Below are positions 53,303 to 64,000 of a DNA stretch of 64,000 bases, one piece after another. The stretch's first letter is position 1. Every line of letters begins with the position of its first letter. Source of the stretch: the human T2T-CHM13v2.0 reference genome, Homo sapiens; assembly GCF_009914755.1 (NCBI RefSeq), contig NC_060928.1; one strand, given 5' to 3'. A program made the translations under genes and the position numbers. The notes under the pieces are model-generated. The model searched no databases, was not told the DNA's origin, and saw nothing but the letters and a program-made list of their open reading frames with translations.

Positions 53303-56300
53303 ACTCCACCCCTTGTCAACTTGAACCCATATATATCTCCTGAGATCATACATAATCTTCAAATAAAGACAATAATAAGGTCATAATTACACTTAAAATA
53401 ATACAACTATCTTTCGTACAACCGGAAATGCACCAATACCCCCATCCAAATACTATTACATAAAGTTAACAATACTTAAATGCTGATATGAAGTCAATTA
53501 ATCTTATGTCACATGATAAAGGAAAAGGAAATAAAATGAGGATAATTTCTCAGTACAAGTGTATACATGCACAAACATGTTTTTAACAAAAGAAGGAGGA
53601 AATACTCATGACAGTTACAGTCCTCATTTCTGCAGCTGGTCAAGTGGTCATAGCTGGTATTTATGACTACCTTCTCCTACTGCCCATTCTGTATTCCCTT
53701 TACCTTCAGCAAGCACCTCAGCAGGTCATGTTTTTTTTCCTGGTGGAGTGACCCAAACCTTCCTTCCTGAGGGGTCTGGACCATTTGTAGTTCTGCCTGG
53801 ATTGGGCTGTTGTACTTTCCCATTGACCTTAATCACAGGGCATGGTAATACTAAGAGACACCCTAATGGATCACCTGTATTCCGTGCATATTCTTTCCTT
53901 ACCTCCGCTGTGGAGTAGTAGACTGATTTCATCTTGATAGTCTGGATCAATAACCCCAGCCAACACTATAACTCCCTTCTTAGTCTGTTGACTTAAAGGT
54001 AAGAGGACCCCAAAGTGTTCAGATGGAAATCTTAACTTCTAGTTTAATGGAATTGTTGTTGTGTCTCCTGGTGGCAGCGTTCCTCCCTCTGGAACTAAGA
54101 CCTTTAGGTCTGCAGAACGTGAGGTTATGGGAACAGGAAGCAAAACTTTTGCTAGTGGATAACTAGAGGTGATGGTGAGTGGTGCCACTTCCACTTCCAG
54201 CTCTTGATTCCTGGACCTGTGAATCCTGGCTATGGGGGTAACAGAACCATATATTGGACACTGATTCAGAGCATACATGGCCTTCTAGAGAACTTTGCCC
54301 TAGCCCTGCAAAGTATTGTCACCTAGTTGGCATTGTAATTGTGACTTCAAAAGGCCATTCTAATATTCTATCAATCCAGCTGCTTCAGGATGTTGAGTAG
54401 CATGCTAAGTCCAGTGAATTCCATGAGCATGAGCCCACTGTCACACTTCTTTAGCTGTAAAGTGAGTGCCTTGGTCAGAGGCAATGCTGTGTGGCATATT
54501 GTGATGGTGGATAAGGCATTCAGTTAGTCCACAGATGGTAGTCTTGGCAGAAGCATTGCATGCAGTATAGGCAAACCCATATCCAGACTAAGTGTCTATT
54601 CCAGTGAGGACAAACCTCTGCTCTTTCTATGATGGAAGAGGTACAATATAATCAACCTGCCACCAGGTAGCTGGCTGATCACCCTGAGGAATGGAGCCAT
54701 ATTGAGAGCTCAGTGTTGGTCTCTGCTGCTGGTCAATTGGGCACTCAGCAGTGGCCACAGCCAGGTCAGCCTTGGTGAGTGGAAGTCCATGTTGCTGAGC
54801 CCATGTGTAACCTCCATCCCTGCCACCATGGAAACTTTCTTCATGGGCCCGTTGGGGCGATGAAAGGGGTGGCTGGGGAAAAAGGCTGAATGGTGTCCAC
54901 AGAACAGGTAATCCTATCCACTTGGTTATTAAAATCTTCCTCTGCTGGAGTCACTCATTGCTGAGCACTCACATGGGATACAAATATCTTCATGGTTTTT
55001 GACCACTCAGAGAGGTCCTTCCATGTACCTCTTCCCCAAATTTCTTTGTCACCAGTTTTCCAATACGCTTCTTGCAAGTCCCTGACCATCCAGCCAAACC
55101 ATTGGCTACAGCCCATGAATCAGTATATAATGGCACATCTGGCCATTTCTCCTTTCATGCAAAGTGCACAGCCAGGTGGCCTGCTCAAAGTTCTGCCCAC
55201 TGGGAAGATTTTCCTTCACCCGCTGTCCTTCAGGGATGTCCTAGAAAGGGGCCGTAGTGCTGCAGCTGTCCACTTTCAGGTGGTGCCTGCATATCGTGCA
55301 GAACCATCTGTGAACCAGGCCCTTGTCTTCTCTTCCTCTGTCACCTGATCATAGGGAACTTCCCATAAGGCCATCGGTGCAGGCTGGGGAAGAGAAGGCA
55401 GGGTGGCAGGAGTGGAGACCATGAGCATTTGAGCCACTTCCTCATGTAACTTGCTTGTGTCTTCAGGACCCGCTTAAGGCTGATCAGATATATACCACCT
55501 ACATTTGATGATGGAATGCTGCTGTGCAAAACCCACTTTGTGGCTGGATGGGTCAGAAAGCACCCAGTTCATGAAAGGCAGTTCAGGTTGCATGGTGACT
55601 TGGCCCATAGTCAAACATTCAGTTTCCACTAAAGCCCAGTAACAGGCCAAGAGCTGTCTCTCAAAAGGAGAGTAGTTATCTCCAGAAGATGACAGCAATG
55701 GAGGCCTAGAGGCCTCCACTGTGATTCACCTATGGGGGCCTGCCAAAGGCTCCAAACAGCATCCCTATCTGCCAGACACCTCAAGCACCATTGGATCTCC
55801 TGAGTCATGTGGCTCAAATGGCCGAGCAGCTTGCACAGCAGCCCAGACCTGTTGCAGAGCCTTCTCCTGTTCTGGACCTCACTCAAAACTGATAGCCTTT
55901 TGGGTCACTTGATAAGTGAGCTGGAGTAACACCCCCAAATGAGGAATGTGTTGCCTCAAAAATCCAAATAGACCCATTAAGCATTGTGCCCCTTTTTGGT
56001 CGTAGGAGGGGCCAAATGCACCAACTTATCCTTCGCCTTAGAAGGAATATCTCAACAGAGCCCACACCACTGTACCCGTAGAAATTTTACAGAGGTAAAA
56101 GGTCCCTGAATTTTAGTCAAATTTATTTCCCATCCTCTGGCACACAAATGTCACACCATGAAGTCCAGTGTGTTTGCTACTTCTTGCTCACTGGATCTAA
56201 TCACCATAATGTCACCAATGTAATGGACCAGTGTGATATCCTGTGGAAGTGAAAAGCAATCAAGATCTCTCCAAATGAGAGTGTGACACAAAGCTGGAGA

Positions 56301-58708
56301 GTTGATATACCCCTGTGGTAGGACAGTAAAGGTATATTGCTGGCCTTGCCAGCTGAAGGCAAATTGCTTCTGGTGGGCCTTATGGACAGGAATGGAGAAA
56401 AAGGCATTTGCCAAGTCAATGGCTGTGTATCAGGTATCAGTAGATGTGTTAATTTGCTCAAGTAATGAAACCACATCTGGTACAGCAGCTGCAATTGAAG
56501 TCACCACTTGGTTAAGATTACAATAATCTACTGTTATTCTCCAAGGTCCATCTGTCTTCTGCACAGGCCAAATGGGAGAGTTGAATGGGGATGTGGTGGG
56601 AATCATCATCCCTGTGTCTTTCAAGTCCTTGATGGTGGCACTAATCTCCACAAGCCCTCCATGGTTACAATACTGTTTTTTGTTTACTAATTTTCTAGGT
56701 AGAGGCAGCTCTAATGGATTCCATTTGGCCTTTCCCAACAAAATTGCTCTCACCCTACCAGTCAGGGAGTCAATGTGGGGGTTCTGCCAGCTGCTAAGTG
56801 TATCTATGCCAATTATGCATTCTGGCATGGGGGAAATGACCGCAGGATGAGTCTGGGAACCCATTGGACCCATTGTAAGTCAGACCTGAGCTAAAACTCC
56901 ATAATTACCTGACCTCCATAAGCCCCTACTTTAACTGGAGGACTACAATGACATTTTGGGTCCCCTGGAATCAGTGTCAGCTCAGAGCCAGTGTCCAACA
57001 GTCCCTGAAATGTCTGATCATTGCCCTTTCCCCAGTGCACAGTTACGCTGGTAAAAGGCTGGAGGTCTCCTTGGGGGAGGATGGGAGAAAGATTCACTGC
57101 ATAAATTGTCGGTAATACAGTGGGGTCCTTCCTCAAGGGGACCTGGCCTCCCCTTCATTCAAGGGGTTCTGGGTCTGTAAACCAGCTCAAGTCTTGAAAT
57201 TGATTGAGGGGCTATGATTCTCTGTTTTTATAATTCAAATTAGTCTTTTGTTCATTTGACCTAGAAGATTTCTGCTTGTATAAATTAAATAGGAACATAA
57301 TAGGCTTCCTGTCAATTTCACTTCTAGGAACACTGTGATTAATTAGCTCAGAGCTCTACATGAGTCAGACTATTCTGATTGCTGCTTTGCCTCTGCTGTC
57401 CATTATGGTAGCTATACCCACTTTGCCTTTGACAGTTGAGTGCTACCGCTTGGCCCCTGCCACCTTGGGATCCAATAATTCTCATTGTATTTAAATTTTG
57501 TAGTTGAGTTACTGTGGTTCCCACTGTCAGATCTGACATATAGAGAAGAGCAATTACTGGGCTCGTCAAAGATGCAGGTGCTGCCCTCACAAATCTCTTT
57601 CACAAGGCATTGGTCAAGCGTATACCTTCTGGACCCTCCCAGCTGGGATGAGTAGGTCAAAAGTGACTAACCCACTCCATCATCCCAATCTCCCTAAGCC
57701 TTTGGATCCCTTCCTCTACATTAAACCGATGGAGATTAGGCATTTCCAGCTCACTGGCAGTGGGCCATATTTTAATCCATATTTCAGCTAACCAAGCATA
57801 TAAACTATTGAAACTGTTTAACTCCCCAAGCTGCAATATTAAATGCAGAGTCCCAACTTAGTGGGCCCAAATCAATAAATTCAGCCTGATCCAACTCCAT
57901 GTTTCTTCCACCATTATCCCATACCCTTAATATCCATGCCTGTTCTCCAGATTTCTGTTTATATAAATTAGAGAACTCAAACAGTTCTTTTTGCGTATAG
58001 TGTCCCTCCTCATGGGTCACACTCTCAACCTCACCTCTAGGGGCCCTCCAGGACTTCCATCTAGTTATAGGTCTAGAAGCAAACGAAAGAGCTGGGAGTG
58101 GCTGCTGAGGAGAATCAACATTATCTTGCCTGATAACTGCTGCAGGGGAGGCCATCACTGTTGCCTCAGGCAGTGCAGGATTTATCTCCTCAGACAAAGG
58201 TGGAAAGGCTGATAGCTGCATGGGTTGGGGAGGGGATGTTTTCACTACTGTGTATGGGGAAGCTGTTTCTTCTGTCAAAAAGGTTCATCAGAGTTTACAA
58301 ACTCAGTGTCCCCAGCTTCATCTGGGTCCTCCCACACATCCCCATACCAAGTTGTGGGGTCCCATTCTTTTCCAATCAATGCCCTTACTTTAACAGTAGA
58401 CACCTGGCAAAGCTGTACATGCATCTTTCATTACAGGAGAGCCACAGGCATGATAAGAGCTTGCGTCTGTTTTTCCACAATTTTAGCTCCTTCTCTACAT
58501 GAGATAAGACTCTCGCTTAGTGCAATCTTAGCAGATTTGAGGCTCAGTATCTGCTTCTGAAGCCAGGAGACAGAATCCCTGAGTTCATCATTTTCTTTCC
58601 ACATTTTGTCCACTGAACTTAGGAGCAAGCAACCAGCTTCATTGTGTTCCTTGGTTCTCCACATATGGTCAAAGGTATTATGTACAGAGTCAGTAAACTC
58701 CTTGCCTC

Positions 58709-59102
58709 ATATATATATATATAGGGGTTTATTAAGTATTGACTTACACAATCACATGTCCCACAATAGGCTGTCTGCAAGCTGAGGAGCAAGGAGAGCC
58801 CAATCCAAGTCCCAACACCGAAGAATTTGGAGTCTGATGTTCAAGGGCAGGAAGTATCCAGCACAGAAGAAAGATGTAGGCTTGGAGGCTCAGCTAGTCT
58901 CTCCTTTTCACATTTTTCTGCCTGCTTTATATTTGCTGGCAGCTGATTAGATCGCGCCCATCAGATTAAGGGTGGATCTGCCTTCCCCAGCCCACTGACT
59001 CAAATGTTAATTTCTTTTGACAACACCCTCACAGACACACCCAGGATCAATACTTTTTATCCTTCAATCCAATCAAGTTGACACTCAGTATTAACCATCA
59101 CA
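58709..59102 (-). mobile_element. MLT2A1-type 5' LTR, truncated at its TA tract
   Basis: About 90% identical by eye to 52921-53302; fused directly to gag, with no PBS. Confidence 0.92.
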
Positions 59103-59221
59103 TACTGTAATAAAATTTATGTAAATATGGTCTTCCTTTCTCCCTCTCTCAGAATATCTTATACCGTACTCACCTATTTTCCAACTGCAGAAAGCAGAAC
59201 CACAGATACAGGGAGACTACT
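59103..59221 (+). mobile_element. MER44 (Tigger7) right part
   Basis: tactgtaataaaatttatgtaaatatggtct..gtactcacctatttt..gggagactact continues the left part. Confidence 0.8.
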
Positions 59222-59284
59222 CATCTCTTAATATGATTCATTTGGGCTGAATTTCTGTTTCCTTTTGGGTCTCTGAGAATTGCC

Positions 59285-59450
59285 ACATTTCAAAACCTTC
59301 TATGCGTATCATGATCTCTAAACTTCATGATAACCCTCCAAGGCATCAACATTAACCCATTTTATAAATGGGGAAATATTACTTAGATAAATAAAATACC
59401 CAAAGTCACACACCCAATGAGTCGCAGAATGGGAATTCAAATCCCAGTCC
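59285..59450 (-). mobile_element. MIR fragment
   Basis: cccattttataaatggggaaa..cccaaagtcacac..gggaattcaaatcccagtc. Confidence 0.65.
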
Positions 59451-59769
59451 TTGTAACATCATTTTCTTTGTTTCACTTAAATTTGTAAGTACATTCTAAT
59501 TATACTACTAATGCAAATACTAATTTCATCTAAATATAAGATAAATTTTACATTAGCTGTCTTCTGAACACATTAAGACCAAGCCCTTATTTTGAAATAT
59601 TTGATAAAATTCACAAAGAAACTGCTAAACTCAAGAACAGTATCCCTTTAATCACAATAATGAAAACAGAAAACTTTTATTTAAAACAATGAAAAAACTT
59701 GATAAGCTATACTCTTGTTTGATGTTAACATTAACTCTTCTTTGATCTTCGGTTTCTTTGTCAGACACC

Positions 59770-60020
59770 TTTGATTGCAACCCAACAACCATCCCCAGTC
59801 CTTTATCCCTATCTTTTTATACTTTAAAGGCTAATTTTCCCAAACTCTTTTGCATGTATATGTGGCCAGGAGATCCAGGTCTGCCTAATGAAAGTGAAAG
59901 TATTCTTTTCATTGATTAAGCAAACAACCACAGCTTTTTGCCCCTGTTCCTTTCTTCATGTTTAAAACGATGGTTTGATGCTTGGAATTACAGCAGCTAT
60001 ATTGTGACCATGAGCCAACA
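59770..60020 (+). mobile_element. Old MLT1 (J/K-like) fragment
   Basis: tttcccaaactcttttgca..gtggcca..gatgcttggaattacagcagctatattgtgaccatgag. Confidence 0.55.
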
Positions 60021-60025
60021 TACCC

Positions 60026-60142
60026 AAGGTTGCTAGATTTAGCAAATAAATATATGTAATGGCCAACTAAAGTTTCAGTTTTAGATAAAATATGAATAAA
60101 TTTATAGTATATGTCCCAAATATTTTATAACATATACTAAAA
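60026..60142 (+). mobile_element. MER53-like hAT fragment
   Basis: aggttgctagatttagcaaataaa..tatgtcccaaatatt..tatactaaaaa. Confidence 0.65.
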
Positions 60143-61004
60143 AGAGTATAATTGTATAGATAATACACACAAATATATATTATATATATAAACTAAAGAG
60201 CTTAAGTTAGAGTCAACTTAAACACCAAGTTCCACAAACTTTCAAAGCCCTGAGTTTTGTTGTTGCTTTATCAAGTTGTGAATGGATAAAAAGAATGTAA
60301 AATATGTATATGGCATAAAGAAAAACTACGCTGAACACTTTGTTAATTGCCACCCAGCCTAAGAAAAAGAACAACCTCAAAGGCAACCTCTATCCTGGAT
60401 TTTGTGTTTAATCTTCCTTTGCCATTTTAATAATTTCCTTGCTTTCCTTTGTTCATCTTTATCCCCTCTGAAAAGCTAATAATGGAAATAAGACCTTTGC
60501 CTTTTACGATGCACTGAAGATAGCCTGACAGTCTTCCTCCCCTTAGCCCCCAAATTACTAGTCTATGAGAATTATGCAAAATTTAAAACAGGAAGGTGCT
60601 CTTCATCTCGGTCCTCAGAAAAAAACATGACAAAGGTTGACCTTTACAGAGGTAGTTAGGTTGCTAGATAAAAAGAGATACAAGTGACAAACCAAAGAGA
60701 GGGGGAAATCCTACACTTAGGGGGTTGAGGTTTTGGTCTTTGTGTGTTTTTAGAGAAGCAACCTCAACTTTCAGGTTTCTGAAAGGGCTCCCCTGCTTTT
60801 CCTTCAGCTCAGCCCTAGGCAAGCAGACCCCCTGCCCAAGCCTCCCTCCTGAGATCCTGCATATGCTTTCTTGCTAAATGACTTTTAGCACCGTTATCTC
60901 CTCATGGGATACATCTGTTGGGTGCCTCGCATCCTCAGCTCCACTTTCATCTCTTCTATCTCAACACATTGTTTCCTCCACTCCTGATGCCAGGGTGGAA
61001 GGAA

Positions 61005-61060
61005 GCCATCCCGCCCGGCCGCGCTTGGGGATTGGCAGCCAATGAATGATTGGCAGCGGG
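61005..61060. promoter_or_regulatory. GC box plus three CCAAT boxes (candidate upstream promoter element)
   Basis: cccgccc near 61010; ATTGG 61031-61035, CCAAT 61039-61043, ATTGG 61049-61053. Confidence 0.5.
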
Positions 61061-62199
61061 CATCTCTGTCAGAGCTTTGGCATGCTGCAGAGTAGAAGCC
61101 CCGTGCTAATGAATGCCATCTACACCTACCAGATGTGCCACTGGGTGACATGCCAGATCTTTTACATAATGCCATTCTGCCGGACACAAGACAGCTGAGG
61201 GGTGGGGAGGTGTGTCTTTTAATGCTTTGGGATGGGAGTAGATCTGGCTTGCCCTCATTTTATTTCTTACTCAGACCACCCGCCACTGCCCATACACCCA
61301 ATCAGCTCCCTTTACATTGGGCTAAGGCTCAGGGCATCTCTCTCGGAGACAGTGGCGAAGCAGCAGAGTTTGAGTTCCCAGGACATATCTCCTGTCCCCT
61401 GGCTCTCATCCATGCTCATCATTTCCTTGAGTTCGCTCCCTGCCCGCATCCAGATTCAGGAAAGGGAAATAGTTTTCAAAATTAAAGAAATAAAAGCACT
61501 AAATGGGATCTGAAATGAAAGGAAGGAAGGGGAAAAACTACACTTCCCATCCTCCCCCCTCCCCCATCCCTAATATTCTCTTCTTCCCTAGTCTAAACGT
61601 GCAAGGATGAGCTTCCTACACCCCATCCCTTTGGCAGCTTCTCCTGTTCTTTCCTCTTCCACCGTCCACAGGAAACTGGAGCGTGTTTATCCCCAAGGGT
61701 GATATCCCGTTAGTGCCTGTCCCACGTTCTGGCTGAAGTAGCTGTCTTAAGGTGGAGGCGTCCAGAAATCCGTGCCGTTTGGGGAGCAATGTTTCCTGGA
61801 GTGGGATGGACAAGGTGGGAAGAGAGGAAAATGAGCAAACCACTTCTGACGGACAGCGGGCGTGTGAGCGTGTAGGAGTGCTTGGGTTGTCCTCGCCCAG
61901 CTCTCCATCCCCGGAGGGAGAATGGCTGGAGGGGGGCTGGTGGTTGCCAGGAGGATCCCCTCTCTTTTGCTAAACCTGCGGGTACCGGGCTGCCCTGTAA
62001 TCGGCGGGACTTGAGAACGGCAGGCCTCCGCTCCTCCTCCCCAGGGGCCATGACCCTCACACACCTCCCCACACCACCCCTCCCGCGACACACACGCAGT
62101 ACTTGGGGCGACTGGGCGCCACTCCCACGCCAGAGCCCTGCCCCGCGCCCGCCTGGGGCCGAGCAGCCTGGCCCCTTCTCTTGTACCCCCACCCCCGCC

Positions 62200-62426
62200 C
62201 GCTGCCGAGGCTCCAGATGGCTTCTCCTTGCGCTCGGCTCGCGGCCCCCAGACGCCGCCCGGCAGCAGCCGGCGGTCGCTCCCTCCCTCCCAGCTGCTGC
62301 AGCAGAGACCGGGGCCATTTCGCGAGGCGGACGGGCTCCTCGGCAGGCTCCGATTGGGGTGGGAGAGCGGCCGCCGAGGGGCCCGCAGTAGCTGCGCTCC
62401 CGGGGAAGGAGCCCCACAGTCCCCAG
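62200..62426 (+). other. Candidate non-coding first exon (start approximate)
   Basis: Consensus donor CAG|GTAAGG at 62426/62427 in the core of the CpG island. Confidence 0.6.
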
Positions 62427-62601
62427 GTAAGGAAGCCGCTGGGCAGGCGAAGGGCGGGGAAGGAGGAGCCTGAGCGTTCCGGTACCCAACCCTCTCTCTT
62501 TCTTGACCTTCCTCCCCTCTGCCCCTTCATCCTGGGCGCGGAGGGCGGAACAGTTTCTGGACCAGAGCACCCGCGAGAAGCAGGGAGCGGCCGCACAGCA
62601 G

Positions 62602-62616
62602 CCAGAAGAGGGCGCC
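62602..62616 (+). promoter_or_regulatory. Candidate CTCF site
   Basis: ccagaagagggcgcc, one mismatch to CCASYAGRKGGCRS. Confidence 0.5.
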
Positions 62617-63020
62617 AGCACCCCGGGGCCGGGGCTACAGGGCTGGCTCTGCCCCGGCGTCCCGCCCCCGCCCCGGGGAACGCTGCCTCTGCCGCAAAGA
62701 TGCCCCCTTCCGCTGGAAAGCGGTAATGCCCACCGCCCACCGCGACCACCCCTTCCCCATTTTTCTCAGTTCTAACTGTACTCCTCTCTCGTTTCCTTTT
62801 TGCTTCTCTCTCTCTCTCCCCCCTCCCTCGTCCTCTCTTCCTCTCTCTTTCTCTCTGCGCTTGTTTTCTTACTTCCCCCTCCCTCCCCGCTTGCACCCCG
62901 GTACTTTTCCTTTTCTTTTCTGATCACTGGCGGGGGGAGGGTTTGTCGCCCGCCGGAAGGTAGTGTGGAGGGGATGGATGTGTTTCACGCTCAGGTTCTG
63001 GCTCTGGCTCCTCTCCATAG

Positions 63021-63124
63021 GTGCCTCCCTGGGTGCTCGCGAAAGCAGCCCTGAGAATGGCAGCTCTCAGAGGTTGAAGTCATTCTTTTCGGGGGACGGG
63101 GCACGGCGACTGTTTGATTGGGGG
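63021..63124 (+). other. Candidate 104-nt 5'UTR exon
   Basis: Acceptor ctcctctccatag|G at 63020/63021 and donor GGG|GTGAGT at 63124/63125. Confidence 0.4.
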
Positions 63125-63639
63125 GTGAGTTATGCACTTGGGGCAGCGCTTCCCTGGAATGCAGAGCTGGGGATTTCCCTTGCTAGACGGATGCTTAAAG
63201 TTCAGTGGCTTTGTACTGAGCCCCTTTCTCCCCTCGAAAAGTCATGACAGTCAAAAGTATCTCTCTTTCTCTCTCCCCCGCCCCCCACTTCTCTCCAAAA
63301 CCCTAAAGACAGCCTCCCCGGACAGTCTTCACCGTTTTTTTTCAGAAGCAGTTGCGCTGGGGGTGGGGAAAGGGAGGGAAGGGACATTGAAAGGCCGCGG
63401 TGGCTGGCAACTCCGCGCCCGTCCGATGTCCTCTCTAATCCCCCAGTGTTCTGGCGCGTGCCCACAGTGCCCCCAGACCCTCCGCTCGCCCGTGCGCCGA
63501 GGTCGTTGGGTTTTAGACCCAGAGAGCACGTTCCGTAAGCTCCTGGCCCAAATCCCCTCGGAAAAATTAATCACAACCACCAGCGGATGCAAAATGTGTG
63601 CCTGTGTTGAGTCTGTCTTTTAATCCCGAACGTAATTCT

Positions 63640-63889
63640 AAAAAGCAGCATCAGACAAGAGCTTTATTAATCCCTTACACGAGCAAATGCGATCTCTGAC
63701 CTACTAGACTTGTTTTCCTACAATTTCACAAAAAGCCTCGCTAGAGGAATGTGCAAGGACAGAAGGGAAACTGAGGAGACCCGCAACTCATTAGCGAAAT
63801 AATAGGGTGCACTTCAATAAAAATGCGGTCCTGAAGTGGAGCAGACTCACCGGCAAGGAGCCCGGAAAATCGTCAGGGGCGGCGGCAAA
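63640..63889 (+). other. Candidate alternative first/5'UTR exon (start approximate)
   Basis: Donor AAA|GTGAGT at 63889/63890 after a non-repetitive segment. Confidence 0.45.
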
Positions 63890-64000
63890 GTGAGTGATGG
63901 GGATTGGAGGAAGGGGTAGGATTGGAGGAAGGGCCTCATGCACAGAGTGTGGTTGGGAGCTGGAGTGGGAACCCAGTTCGGTCTCTTCCGAAGGCTTAGG

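Larger units (their letters stand above)
52871..59102 (-). mobile_element. HERV-L provirus (gag-pro-pol-dUTPase, no env), defective
   Basis: Two LTRs; TSD tactg at 52866-52870 and 59103-59107; protease LLDTGSELTLIP (56891-57136); [16 protein letters not shown] and [14 protein letters not shown] (56151-56873); dUTPase-region LVPEGGTLPPGDT (~54050-54110); many stops and frameshifts. Confidence 0.95.
61750..63560. promoter_or_regulatory. CpG island / promoter, tentatively the upstream promoter of PRDM8
   Basis: Sharp rise in GC and CpG; GC boxes (cccgccccc at ~62661), gcggccgc sites, splice donors. The island is directly visible; the gene identity is recalled from the RPSA pseudogene context and not verified. 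Confidence 0.85.

Noticed and set aside
53726-58664. HERV-L ORF fragments as a domesticated gene
   Set aside because: gag and pol are split into pieces of 157 aa or less; the RT motif reads YIGD instead of YxDD; PBS and gag start are deleted.
61838-61862. REST/RE1 site (ggacagcg)
   Set aside because: Partial right half only; the TTCAGCACC left half is absent.
61710-62896. Long ORFs (303, 279, 207, 169 aa) in the CpG island
   Set aside because: They overlap in several frames on both strands, are R/G/P/A-rich with no recognisable domain, and are expected from stop-codon scarcity in GC-rich DNA.
63901-63933. 15-bp repeat ggattggaggaaggg x2
   Set aside because: Short slippage duplication in G-rich DNA with no sign of function.

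Overview
Primate (most likely human) intergenic DNA, mostly interspersed repeats, ending in a CpG-island promoter. No intact protein-coding exon, RNA gene or CRISPR array is visible. Main landmarks: a 5'-inverted L1 (657-3720); an ancient CR1/L3 RT fossil (~16 kb); a MaLR/ERVL LTR cluster (35.3-38.1 kb); a ~13 kb old minus-strand L1 full of nested insertions, including a full-length disabled RPSA processed pseudogene (39353-40398); a near full-length HERV-L provirus with MLT2A1-type LTRs and a 5-bp TSD (52871-59102, minus strand); and a CpG island with several candidate non-coding first exons (61.8-63.9 kb). From memory only, an RPSA pseudogene ~23 kb upstream of a multi-first-exon CpG island fits the region upstream of PRDM8 (4q21, RPSAP39). 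This is unverified. I found no convincing new biological system. The best leads are the HERV-L/promoter arrangement and several mechanistic footprints: an LTR plus exactly one PBS, a local templated duplication, TA-tract breakage of both LTRs, and twin priming. Repeat subfamily names and most boundaries were called by eye and are approximate.
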